Assembly: GCA_963739855.1 (NCBI GenBank)
Contig: CAVUBT010000002.1
Coordinates: forward strand, 124,613-188,612
Direction of reading: 5' to 3'
DNA length: 64,000 bases
Source of the DNA: an uncultured Solirubrobacterales bacterium
GTDB lineage: Bacteria > Actinomycetota > Thermoleophilia > Solirubrobacterales > 70-9
The notes beneath the pieces are model-generated. The model saw nothing but the letters and a program-made list of their open reading frames with translations, did no database searches and was not told where the DNA came from. Positions 56,988-64,000 of this stretch are shown piece after piece. Position numbers and translations under genes: made by a program. The stretch's first letter is position 1. Each line of letters begins with the position of its first letter.

Positions 56988-57452
56988 TCAGCCCTGCGGC
57001 GCGGGCGGCGGCATCTCCTCGGAGACCGGCGGCGCCTCGTGGCCCGGCAGCGCTTCTGCCTCCTGCTCCCAAATGTGGTTCAGCGAGACCTGTAGGTAGG
57101 CCCACATGCCCGGTGAGAGCAGCAGGTAGAGGAGCAGTGCGATCCAGCCGTTGACCGGCTCGCGCCCGGCGACTTTCGACGCGCCCTGGACGCGCTTGGT
57201 GCCGCGCCAGTAGGTGATCAGGGCCGGGATGACGATGATCCCGCCGGGGAACAGGGCCAGCAGCGAGTTGGTCGGGTTCTGGCCGAGGTCGTATCCCTTG
57301 GCCTCACCGTAAGCCTTCAGCTCCTTGTTGATCTTGTACCACCAGACCAGGTGGTAGATGCCGAGGGTGATGATCGGCAGGAGGGCGACGGCCCAGGGGC
57401 TGCGCACCTTCACCTCGTGCTCGGTGCCGCGGATTTTCATCTCGTAGGCCAT
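56988..57452 (-). CDS. DUF4234-like membrane protein
   Basis: ...LLPIITLGIYHLVWWYKINKELKAYG... motif plus further hydrophobic helices. Pro-rich C-terminal tail. Confidence 0.7.
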   Translation of the reverse strand: MAYEMKIRGTEHEVKVRSPWAVALLPIITLGIYHLVWWYKINKELKAYGEAKGYDLGQNPTNSLLALFPGGIIVIPALITYWRGTKRVQGASKVAGREPVNGWIALLLYLLLSPGMWAYLQVSLNHIWEQEAEALPGHEAPPVSEEMPPPAPQG

Positions 57453-57551
57453 GGTCTCTTTCGTATTGGATCGAGGACAGTTGCGTGCAGCTTCGACCGT
57501 AAGGGCTTTCCCCCTCTAGCCGCAAGTCGCCGCGACCGACGCCGAGAGGGC

Positions 57552-58946
57552 TCAGGCTTCGAGCTTGGGACTGCGCCAGGGCTGGTTCAGGCGCGTGACC
57601 AGCTCGTCGCCGAGGCCCTCGATCGGGACCCTGGTCTGCTCCAGGGAGTCGCGGTCGCGCAGGGTGACGGTGTCGTCCTCCATCGTCTGGTGGTCGACGG
57701 TGACCCCCCAGGGGGTGCCGATCTCGTCCTGGCGGCGGTAGCGCTTGCCGATCGAGCCGCCCTCGTCGAACTCGGCGGGAAGCTTGCGGCGCAGGTCCTG
57801 GAAGAGGGCGCGGGCTTTCTCCGGCATGCCCTCCTTGGAGACGAGCGGCAGGACGGCGACCTTGACCGGGGCCAGGCGGGGGTGCAGGCGCAGCACGGTG
57901 CGCTGGCGGCCCTCCACCTCCTCGACCTCGTAGGCGTCGACGAGGAAGGCGAGGGTGGCGCGGTCGGCGCCGGCGGCGGGCTCGATCACGTGCGGGACGT
58001 AGCGCTCTTTGGTCTGCTGGTCGAAGTACTCGAGCTTCTCGCCGCTGAACTTGGCGTGCTGTTTGAGGTCGAAGTCGCCGCGGTTGGCGATCCCCTCCAG
58101 CTCCGACCAGCCGATCGGGAAGAGGTACTCGACGTCGCTGGTGCCGGACGAGTAGTGGGAGAGCTCGTCGGCGTCGTGGGGGCGGATCCGCAGGTACTCG
58201 GGGCGCAGGCCGAGGTCGGTGTACCAGCGTTCGCGCTCCTCGATCCAGGTCCGGTACCACTGCTCCGCCTGGTCGGGCGGGACGAAGAACTCCATCTCCA
58301 TCTGCTCGAACTCGCGGGTGCGGAAGATGAAGTTGCCCGGGGTGATCTCGTTGCGGAAGGACTTGCCGATCTGGGCGATCCCGAAGGGCGGCTTCTTGCG
58401 GGCGAAGCCGAGCACGTTCTTGAAGTTGATGAAGATCCCCTGCGCCGTCTCCGGCCGCAGGTAGACCTCGGAGCCCTCGCCGGCCACCGGGCCGACGTGG
58501 GTCTCGAACATCAGGTTGAACTGGCGCGGCTCGGAGAGGTCGCCGCCGCACTCTGGGCACTTCAGCTCGGCGCTGGGGTCGCCGCCCTCGGCTTCGACCG
58601 CCTCGCGCAGGTGATCCTCGCGCCAGCGCCGCTTGCACTTGCCGAGGCACTGCACGAGCGGGTCGGTGAAGCCCTCGAGATGGCCCGATGCCTCCCAGAC
58701 CCGCGGATGCTGGAGGATCGCCGAGTCGATCGCGACGATGTCGTCGCGCTCCTGCAGCATCGCCCGCCACCACTCGGCTTTGACGTTGCCCTTGAGGAGG
58801 ACGCCGTAGTGGCCGTAGTCGTAGGTCGAGCCGAGGCCGCCGTAGATCTCCGAGGAGGGGAAGACGAAGCCGCGCCGTTTGCAGAGGGCGACGATCTCCT
58901 CCATCGATACATCGGTCGGGCGCTCCTGCTGCTCGGCGGTGGACAT
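57552..58946 (-). CDS. glyQS: glycine-tRNA ligase (single-chain, class II)
   Basis: ATG 58946: ...IVALCKRRGFVFPSSEIYGGLGSTYDYGHYGVLLKGNVKAEWW..., ...QIGKSFRNEITPGNFIFRTREFEQMEMEFF..., ...VIEPAAGADR... Confidence 0.92.
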   Translation of the reverse strand: MSTAEQQERPTDVSMEEIVALCKRRGFVFPSSEIYGGLGSTYDYGHYGVLLKGNVKAEWWRAMLQERDDIVAIDSAILQHPRVWEASGHLEGFTDPLVQCLGKCKRRWREDHLREAVEAEGGDPSAELKCPECGGDLSEPRQFNLMFETHVGPVAGEGSEVYLRPETAQGIFINFKNVLGFARKKPPFGIAQIGKSFRNEITPGNFIFRTREFEQMEMEFFVPPDQAEQWYRTWIEERERWYTDLGLRPEYLRIRPHDADELSHYSSGTSDVEYLFPIGWSELEGIANRGDFDLKQHAKFSGEKLEYFDQQTKERYVPHVIEPAAGADRATLAFLVDAYEVEEVEGRQRTVLRLHPRLAPVKVAVLPLVSKEGMPEKARALFQDLRRKLPAEFDEGGSIGKRYRRQDEIGTPWGVTVDHQTMEDDTVTLRDRDSLEQTRVPIEGLGDELVTRLNQPWRSPKLEA

Positions 58947-58982
58947 GCCGGAACCGTAGCGGCTGCGATAATCCCGCACCCC

Positions 58983-59315
58983 GTGCCTATCTACGAGTAC
59001 AAATGCGACAACGGCCACGTCTTCGACGTGATCCAGAAGATGGTCGACGATCCGCTCACCGAGTGCCAGGAGTGCGGCGCCCCGGCGGTGCGCGTCCTGC
59101 ACTCGCCCGCCGTCCACTTCAAGGGGTCGGGCTTCTACAACACCGACTACGGCAAGAAGAAGGGCGGCGGCAACGGCGCCGGCTCTTCAGGCGAGGGCTC
59201 GAAGGAGTCCTCGGGCTCCTCTGACTCCGGCTCCAGCTCCGCGGACTCGAAGTCCAGCGACTCGAAGTCGGGGTCGAGCGACTCCAAGGCCGCGGCGTCG
59301 ACCGCCGGCGACTGA
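58983..59315 (+). CDS. FmdB-family zinc-ribbon protein with Ser/Gly-rich tail
   Basis: GTG 58983: (M)PIYEYKCDNGHVFDVIQKMVDDPLTECQECGAPAVRVLH, followed by a low-complexity SSGSSDSGSSSADSKSSDSKS tail. Confidence 0.8.
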   Translation: MPIYEYKCDNGHVFDVIQKMVDDPLTECQECGAPAVRVLHSPAVHFKGSGFYNTDYGKKKGGGNGAGSSGEGSKESSGSSDSGSSSADSKSSDSKSGSSDSKAAASTAGD

Positions 59316-59323
59316 GCTTTCGC

Positions 59324-60136
59324 TCAGCCGGGGGTCAGGCGGAGCGAAAGCTGCGGCTGCACGGTCGCGGGGCCTTCGTTGGTCGCGTCGACCTCCCAGA
59401 CCGATTGCGAACCGGCGGGCAGGTTGAAGGTGACGTCCGGCTCGCAGGTCACCGGGATGGCTGAGAATTCGCAGACTTGCTCAAAGACCCCGTTGACGAG
59501 CAGGTAGACGAAGCCCTGCAGGTTGCTCGGCGGGCCTTCGAGGCGGACCTCGACGTCGCGGGCGACGAGCGGCTCGTTGGGCAGCGTCAGGGTGACGTCC
59601 ATCCCCGGGGCGGTGGTGCTGGAGCCATAGCCGCTGAGCGGCACGAACATGCTCGTTCCGGTCGCCATCGAGGCGCTGGGGCCACCACCGAGCATCACCG
59701 TTCCGAAAGAGTCCGCTGCTTGGCCGCCCAGCCTCGATGCGTTTGCCGCCGTCGCTCCCGAAGGGAGGAAGTCGGAGGCCGGATGGCCTTGCAGCGCGCT
59801 CGAGTTTGAAGCTCGGTCGGCGTTGGTTGCGCTGTTTGCCTTGTCGGCGGTGTTGGCGCTGGCAGCGCTGGTGGCGATCGTGGCGCTGGGGACCTTGCTG
59901 AGCGTCGCGGCGTTGATGTCGGTGCCGGTCAGCGAGCCGTCCGCGACGTTAGCTCCGGTTACTGCATTGGCGGCGATCTTGCCCCCGGTCACCGCGTTCT
60001 TCTTGAGCTGCTTGGGCCCGACGCTGTTCTTCGGCAGCGCGGTCGCGGCGTAGGCGACGCCGCCGAGCAGCATGAAGAGGCAGAGGGTCGAGATGACGTT
60101 GGCATAGGTCAGCTTGGGGCGCAGCCGGTTGAGCAT
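59324..60136 (-). CDS. membrane-anchored/secreted hypothetical protein with NAVTG-type repeats
   Basis: N-terminal anchor ...VISTLCLFMLLGGVAYA. Repeats KKNAVTGGKIAANAVTGANVADGSLTGTDI. No family recognised. Confidence 0.65.
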   Translation of the reverse strand: MLNRLRPKLTYANVISTLCLFMLLGGVAYAATALPKNSVGPKQLKKNAVTGGKIAANAVTGANVADGSLTGTDINAATLSKVPSATIATSAASANTADKANSATNADRASNSSALQGHPASDFLPSGATAANASRLGGQAADSFGTVMLGGGPSASMATGTSMFVPLSGYGSSTTAPGMDVTLTLPNEPLVARDVEVRLEGPPSNLQGFVYLLVNGVFEQVCEFSAIPVTCEPDVTFNLPAGSQSVWEVDATNEGPATVQPQLSLRLTPG

Positions 60137-60172
60137 GGCGGCAAAATACCCGCGTGTCCGGTCGACTCCGAT

Positions 60173-61420
60173 TCAGCCGTTGAGGAAGCGGTTGACGGCC
60201 TGGCGCCGCACCGAGTCCGGTACTTCGATGCTGCCTTCGGGGCCGACGCCGCAAGCGTTGGGGTTGCTGCAGAGGACGTCGGCGGGGGCGCTGCCGCCGA
60301 TCGCGGCGGACAGCACCAGCTGCGGCATCGTCAGCAAGCCCATGTCGCTGACGAAGGCTTTCGGCGCGCTCCAGCCGATGAACGGGCCCTTGATGAAGTT
60401 GTAGGGAGCGCGCAGGGGGTCGGTGAGGCGGCCCTTGATGCCGTTGATGACGGCCTGCTGGGCCTTCTCGCGGTCGATGTCGCTGTAGCCGAGCGAGTAG
60501 GCGCTCTTGCCGGGCCCGGGGCATTCGCTGGGCTTGCGGATTCGCGAGTAGGCGAGGGCTTTTTCCCCGTCGAGCGTGTTCTCGCCCTGCTTCAGGTGCA
60601 GGGTGACGCCGCCCTGGCCACCGCCGGAGCCGCCGGCGATGTCGGCGCAGAGCTTGTGGGGAAGGTCGACTTCGACGCCGCCGACCGCGTCGATCAGGTC
60701 TTCGAAGCCGGTGAAGTTGACGATCGCGACGTGGTCGATCTGGAGGTCGAGGAACTGTTCGATCGTCCTGATCTGCAGGGCGGCGCCGCCGAAGGCATAG
60801 GCCCCGTTGATCTTCTGCGGCGCCTGGCCGGGGATTTCGGCGTAGCTGTCGCGCGGGATCGAGAGTTTGCGGAAGGCGCCACCGCCGGCCCGGATCAGCA
60901 TCAGCGTGTCGGCGCGGAACTGACCTTGTTCGCAGCCGTCGTGGGGAGCGTCGCCGTTGGCCTGCTGTTCGAAGCACTTCTCCGAGGGAGCTGCCCCCGG
61001 CTCCTTGGTGTCGGGCGGGCGGGCGTCGGTGCCGAGGACGAGGATCGTCTGGGCGCTCGGCAGCAGCAGCGGGTTGCCGTGGAGGGTCGACTTCGCTTCG
61101 CCGGAAAGCTTGAAGGACTGCAGTTGGGCCGAGACCGCGAAGGCGAGGAAGCTGAGCAAGATCCATCCCAAAGCGGCGATCCCGACCCATTTGAGAACGC
61201 GCTTGAGACCGGGGCGCGGCGTCCGCTCGCGACGGCCCTCGCGCGGCTCGCGATCCTTGCCAGGCCGCTTCCCAGGCAGCTTTGCGCGCTCCCGCAGGGC
61301 GGAGAGATCAGGTGCCTTCAACCGCGAGGAGAGGCTCCTGCGGGATCGGTAGACCTTGTAGTCGGGCGGTCCCGAAGGCCGCTGCTCGCCATCGTCGGGC
61401 ATAAAAGGGCTAGAAATCAT
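60173..61420 (-). CDS. LytR-CpsA-Psr (LCP) family protein
   Basis: ATG 61420. Basic cytoplasmic N-terminus, TM WVGIAALGWILLSFLAFAV, ...ILVLGTDAR...RADTLMLIR...LSIPRDSYAEIPG...KINGAYAFGG... Confidence 0.85.
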   Translation of the reverse strand: MISSPFMPDDGEQRPSGPPDYKVYRSRRSLSSRLKAPDLSALRERAKLPGKRPGKDREPREGRRERTPRPGLKRVLKWVGIAALGWILLSFLAFAVSAQLQSFKLSGEAKSTLHGNPLLLPSAQTILVLGTDARPPDTKEPGAAPSEKCFEQQANGDAPHDGCEQGQFRADTLMLIRAGGGAFRKLSIPRDSYAEIPGQAPQKINGAYAFGGAALQIRTIEQFLDLQIDHVAIVNFTGFEDLIDAVGGVEVDLPHKLCADIAGGSGGGQGGVTLHLKQGENTLDGEKALAYSRIRKPSECPGPGKSAYSLGYSDIDREKAQQAVINGIKGRLTDPLRAPYNFIKGPFIGWSAPKAFVSDMGLLTMPQLVLSAAIGGSAPADVLCSNPNACGVGPEGSIEVPDSVRRQAVNRFLNG

Positions 61421-61462
61421 GGCGATGTCTTCGGTCGCCCGCCTTCCAGCCCCCATTTGCCG

Positions 61463-62422
61463 ATGAGCGCGGGCGAGACGATCGGGGTCGATCTGGGTGG
61501 GACGAAGATGCTCGTCGGCGTGCTCGACGGGACCGACGTCCGCTACGAGAGCCGCGAGGCGTCGACCGGGCAGGACGAGGATCAGCTGGTCGAGCTGCTG
61601 GTCCGCGAGGTCAACGAGGCGCACGAAGCCCGCCCTGGGGCGACGGCGGTCGGGCTCGGCATCCCGGCGACGATCGATCACGACTCCGGGGTCGCGGTCT
61701 CGGCGGTCAATCTGCCGCTGACCGATCTGCCGATCCGCGATCTGGTCAGCGAGCGGGTCGGGCTGCCGGTCTTCGTCGACAACGACGCCAACGTGGCGGC
61801 GCTGGCCGAGTACCTCTACGGGGTGGCGCAGGGGAAGCCGAACACGGTGATGCTGACCGTGGGGACCGGGATCGGCGGCGGCCTGATCCTCGGCGGCGAG
61901 GTCTACCGCGGTGCGACCGGCGCCGGCGCCGAGCTCGGCCACATGGTGATCCAGGCCGACGGCCCTCCCTGCCAGGGCAACTGTCCCAACCACGGTTGCG
62001 TCGAGTCGCTGGCCTCGGGGACGGCGCTGGGGCGCGAGGGGCTGGCGGCGGCGGAAAGCTCGCCGGACTCCGCCCTCGGCCAGCTGCTGGCGGCGGGGGA
62101 GAAGGTCGACGGGACGGCGGTGACCAAGGCGGCGATCGCCGGCGACGAAACCGCGATCGGCGTCTTCGAGCTGATCGGCAGCCGGCTCGGCGTCGCCTGC
62201 TCGAGCTTTGCCAACATCTTCCAGCCCGATGCGATCGTCGTCGGTGGCGGCGTCATCGCCGCCGGCGAGCTGCTGCTGGAGCCGGCCCGCCGCGAAGTCC
62301 GCGAACGCGCCCTCAACCCGATGAACACAACCCCGATCCTGGAAGCGACCCTCGGCAACGACGCCGGGATGATCGGCGCCGCCGCGCTGGCGCGGGTCGA
62401 ACTGGAGAAGGGGGACGGCTGA
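61463..62422 (+). CDS. ROK-family sugar kinase (glucokinase-like)
   Basis: ...IGVDLGGTKMLVGVL..., ...VFVDNDANVAALAE..., ...GTGIGGGLILGGEVYRGATGAGAELGHM..., Cys motif CQGNCPNHGCVE. Confidence 0.85.
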   Translation: MSAGETIGVDLGGTKMLVGVLDGTDVRYESREASTGQDEDQLVELLVREVNEAHEARPGATAVGLGIPATIDHDSGVAVSAVNLPLTDLPIRDLVSERVGLPVFVDNDANVAALAEYLYGVAQGKPNTVMLTVGTGIGGGLILGGEVYRGATGAGAELGHMVIQADGPPCQGNCPNHGCVESLASGTALGREGLAAAESSPDSALGQLLAAGEKVDGTAVTKAAIAGDETAIGVFELIGSRLGVACSSFANIFQPDAIVVGGGVIAAGELLLEPARREVRERALNPMNTTPILEATLGNDAGMIGAAALARVELEKGDG

Positions 62423-63249
62423 TGCCGGGGAGGCTGGTCGTCTGTCCGACCCCGATCGGCAACCTCGACGACGTCACCCCACGGGTGCGGGAGGCGCTGA
62501 TCACGGCCGACTACATCGCCTGCGAGGACACCCGCCGCACCGGCTCCCTGCTCGACAAGCTGGGGATCCGGCCGGCGCCGCGGATGATCTCCAACCACGA
62601 GGGCAACGAAACCGCGCGGGCGACCGAGCTGGCGCAGCGGATCGAGCGCGGCGACGTCGTCGCGCTCGTCTCCGACGCCGGCATGCCGGCGATCTCCGAC
62701 CCCGGCTACAAGCTGATCCACCGCTGCATAGAACGGGATCTAGAGGTCACCGTCCTACCAGGCCCTTCCGTCGTGCCGGTGGCGCTGGTCGCCTCCGGGC
62801 TGCCGACCGACCGCTGGCGCTTCGAGGGCTTCCTGCCGCGCCGCGCCGGCGAGATGGAGCGGGTGCTGCGCTCGACCGAGACCGTCGTCGCCTTCGAGTC
62901 GCCGCGCCGGGTCGGCGAGTCGCTGGCGGCGCTGGCCTCGCTCGCCCCCGACCGCCAGGCGGCCGTCTGCCGCGAGCTCTCGAAGATGCACGAGGAGGTC
63001 GCGCGCGGCACCCTGGGCGAGCTGGCGCGGCGCTTCCGCGGCGACGTCAAGGGCGAGATCGTGCTGGTGCTCGGGCCGGCCGCCGCCGACTCCCACGACA
63101 AAGACGTCGGCTTCGCGGTCGACGCCCTGCGCCACCTGGTCCAGTCCGGCGCCCGTCCCCGCGCGGCCGCCAGCGTCGTCGCCGCCCTCACCGGCACCCG
63201 CGCCAACGACCTCTACAAAGCGCTGACCGGGCGCGAGGCGCGAAGGTAG
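62422..63249 (+). CDS. rsmI: 16S rRNA (cytidine1402-2'-O)-methyltransferase
   Basis: MPGRLVVCPTPIGNLDDVTPRVREALITADYIACEDTRRTGSLL...ALVSDAGMPAISDPGYKLI...VLPGPSV... The ATG overlaps the stop of the kinase gene. Confidence 0.9.
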   Translation: MPGRLVVCPTPIGNLDDVTPRVREALITADYIACEDTRRTGSLLDKLGIRPAPRMISNHEGNETARATELAQRIERGDVVALVSDAGMPAISDPGYKLIHRCIERDLEVTVLPGPSVVPVALVASGLPTDRWRFEGFLPRRAGEMERVLRSTETVVAFESPRRVGESLAALASLAPDRQAAVCRELSKMHEEVARGTLGELARRFRGDVKGEIVLVLGPAAADSHDKDVGFAVDALRHLVQSGARPRAAASVVAALTGTRANDLYKALTGREARR

Positions 63250-63262
63250 GCCCAGAACACCC

Positions 63263-64000
63263 ATGAGCTACTACGTCACCACCCCGATCTACTACGTCAA
63301 CGCGGAGCCGCACCTCGGCCACGCCTACTCGACGATGGCCGCCGACGTGCTGGCCCGGCACATGCGCCAGCGCGGCGAGGACGTCTTCTTCCTCACCGGT
63401 ACCGATGAGCACGGCGAGCCGATCGAGACCGCAGCCGAGCGCGAGGGGATCTCGCCGCAGGAGCTGGCCGACCGCAACGCGGCCAAGTTCGAAGGCCTGA
63501 TGCCGATCATCGACGCCAGCAACGACTTCTTCATCCGCACCTCCGACCCCCGCCACGCCGAGCGGGTGGCGACGATCATGCAGCGCGTCTACGACAACGG
63601 CTGGGTCGCCAAGGGCGTCTACGAAGGCTGGTACTGCCCGCGCTGCGCCGACTTCAAAATCGAGCGCGAGCTCGGCCCCGGCAACACCTGCCCGATCCAC
63701 GAGATCCCGCTCGAGAAAGAGCGCGAGGAAAACTGGTTCTTCCGCCTCTCCGCTTTCCAGGAGCGGCTGGAAGAGCTCTACGAGGGGCAGCCCGACTTCG
63801 TCATCCCGGACTTCCGCCGCAACGAGGCGGTCGCCTTCATCAAGCAGGGGCTGGAGGACGTCTCGCTCTCGCGGCCGAAGCTGAAATGGGGGATGCGGCT
63901 GCCCTGGGACCCCGAGCAGCGGATGTACGTCTGGTTCGACGCCCTCCTCAACTACGTCACGGCGCTGGGCTTCGCCCGCGAGGGGGAGGACCTGACCGAG
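63263..64000 (+). CDS. metG: methionine-tRNA ligase, N-terminal part (3' end outside window)
   Basis: MSYYVTTPIYYVNAEPHLGHAYSTMAADVLARH... (HIGH-type motif), zinc knuckle CPRCADF...CPIH. Open to the window end, so it is absent from the ORF track. Confidence 0.9.
   Translation, partial: MSYYVTTPIYYVNAEPHLGHAYSTMAADVLARHMRQRGEDVFFLTGTDEHGEPIETAAEREGISPQELADRNAAKFEGLMPIIDASNDFFIRTSDPRHAERVATIMQRVYDNGWVAKGVYEGWYCPRCADFKIERELGPGNTCPIHEIPLEKEREENWFFRLSAFQERLEELYEGQPDFVIPDFRRNEAVAFIKQGLEDVSLSRPKLKWGMRLPWDPEQRMYVWFDALLNYVTALGFAREGEDLTE

Noticed and set aside
57481-57551. Possible third, degenerate copy of the 44.4/45.0-kb element (shares TTGCGTGCAG and, on the minus strand, TCGGCGTC..GGTC..ACTTGCG)
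   Set aside because: The similarity is patchy and needs indels. The matching words are short and GC-rich, and there is no long closing helix. It could easily be chance without a statistical search.

Overview
This is a very GC-rich, densely coding bacterial chromosomal segment (roughly 70% GC by eye, with third codon positions almost all G/C). The gene content (MMPL transporters, an LCP protein, single-chain glyQS, a eukaryote-like icd, pst genes, a Bacillus-type long SRP RNA) fits a deep-branching Actinomycetota-like organism. That taxonomic placement is inference only. Most genes are housekeeping: tRNA-Val, SRP RNA, dnaX-ybaB-recR, pstS divergent from pstCAB, ask-asd, a non-classical sdhA-sdhB-CCG operon, icd, mdh, hsp20-lon, glyQS, an LCP gene, a ROK kinase, rsmI and metG. 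Accessory modules include an ABC-2 exporter, budA, padR-mmpL-thioesterase, tetR-mmpL, and a fadD / R2lox::SCP2 / hydrolase cluster. I found no CRISPR array, transposase, integrase, prophage or recognisable defence genes. Many long ORFs in the track are antisense or off-frame artefacts of the high GC content and are rejected. The observations most worth a second look are these. (1) Long GC-rich palindromic or structured elements lie at 39.7-40.0 kb, 44.4-45.1 kb and 31.5 kb; their closing helices differ in sequence between copies but stay perfectly paired. (2) A perfect 49-bp hairpin sits in frame inside a membrane-protein gene. (3) An anchor-less succinate dehydrogenase-like operon has an extended SdhB. 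(4) An R2-like oxidase is fused to an SCP2 domain within a lipid gene cluster. (5) Three adjacent proteins share the same zinc-ribbon spacing. (6) Two genes are frameshifted or decayed, and two transporter genes have conserved N-termini with no canonical start codon. All functional calls rest on motif recognition by eye. No database search was run.
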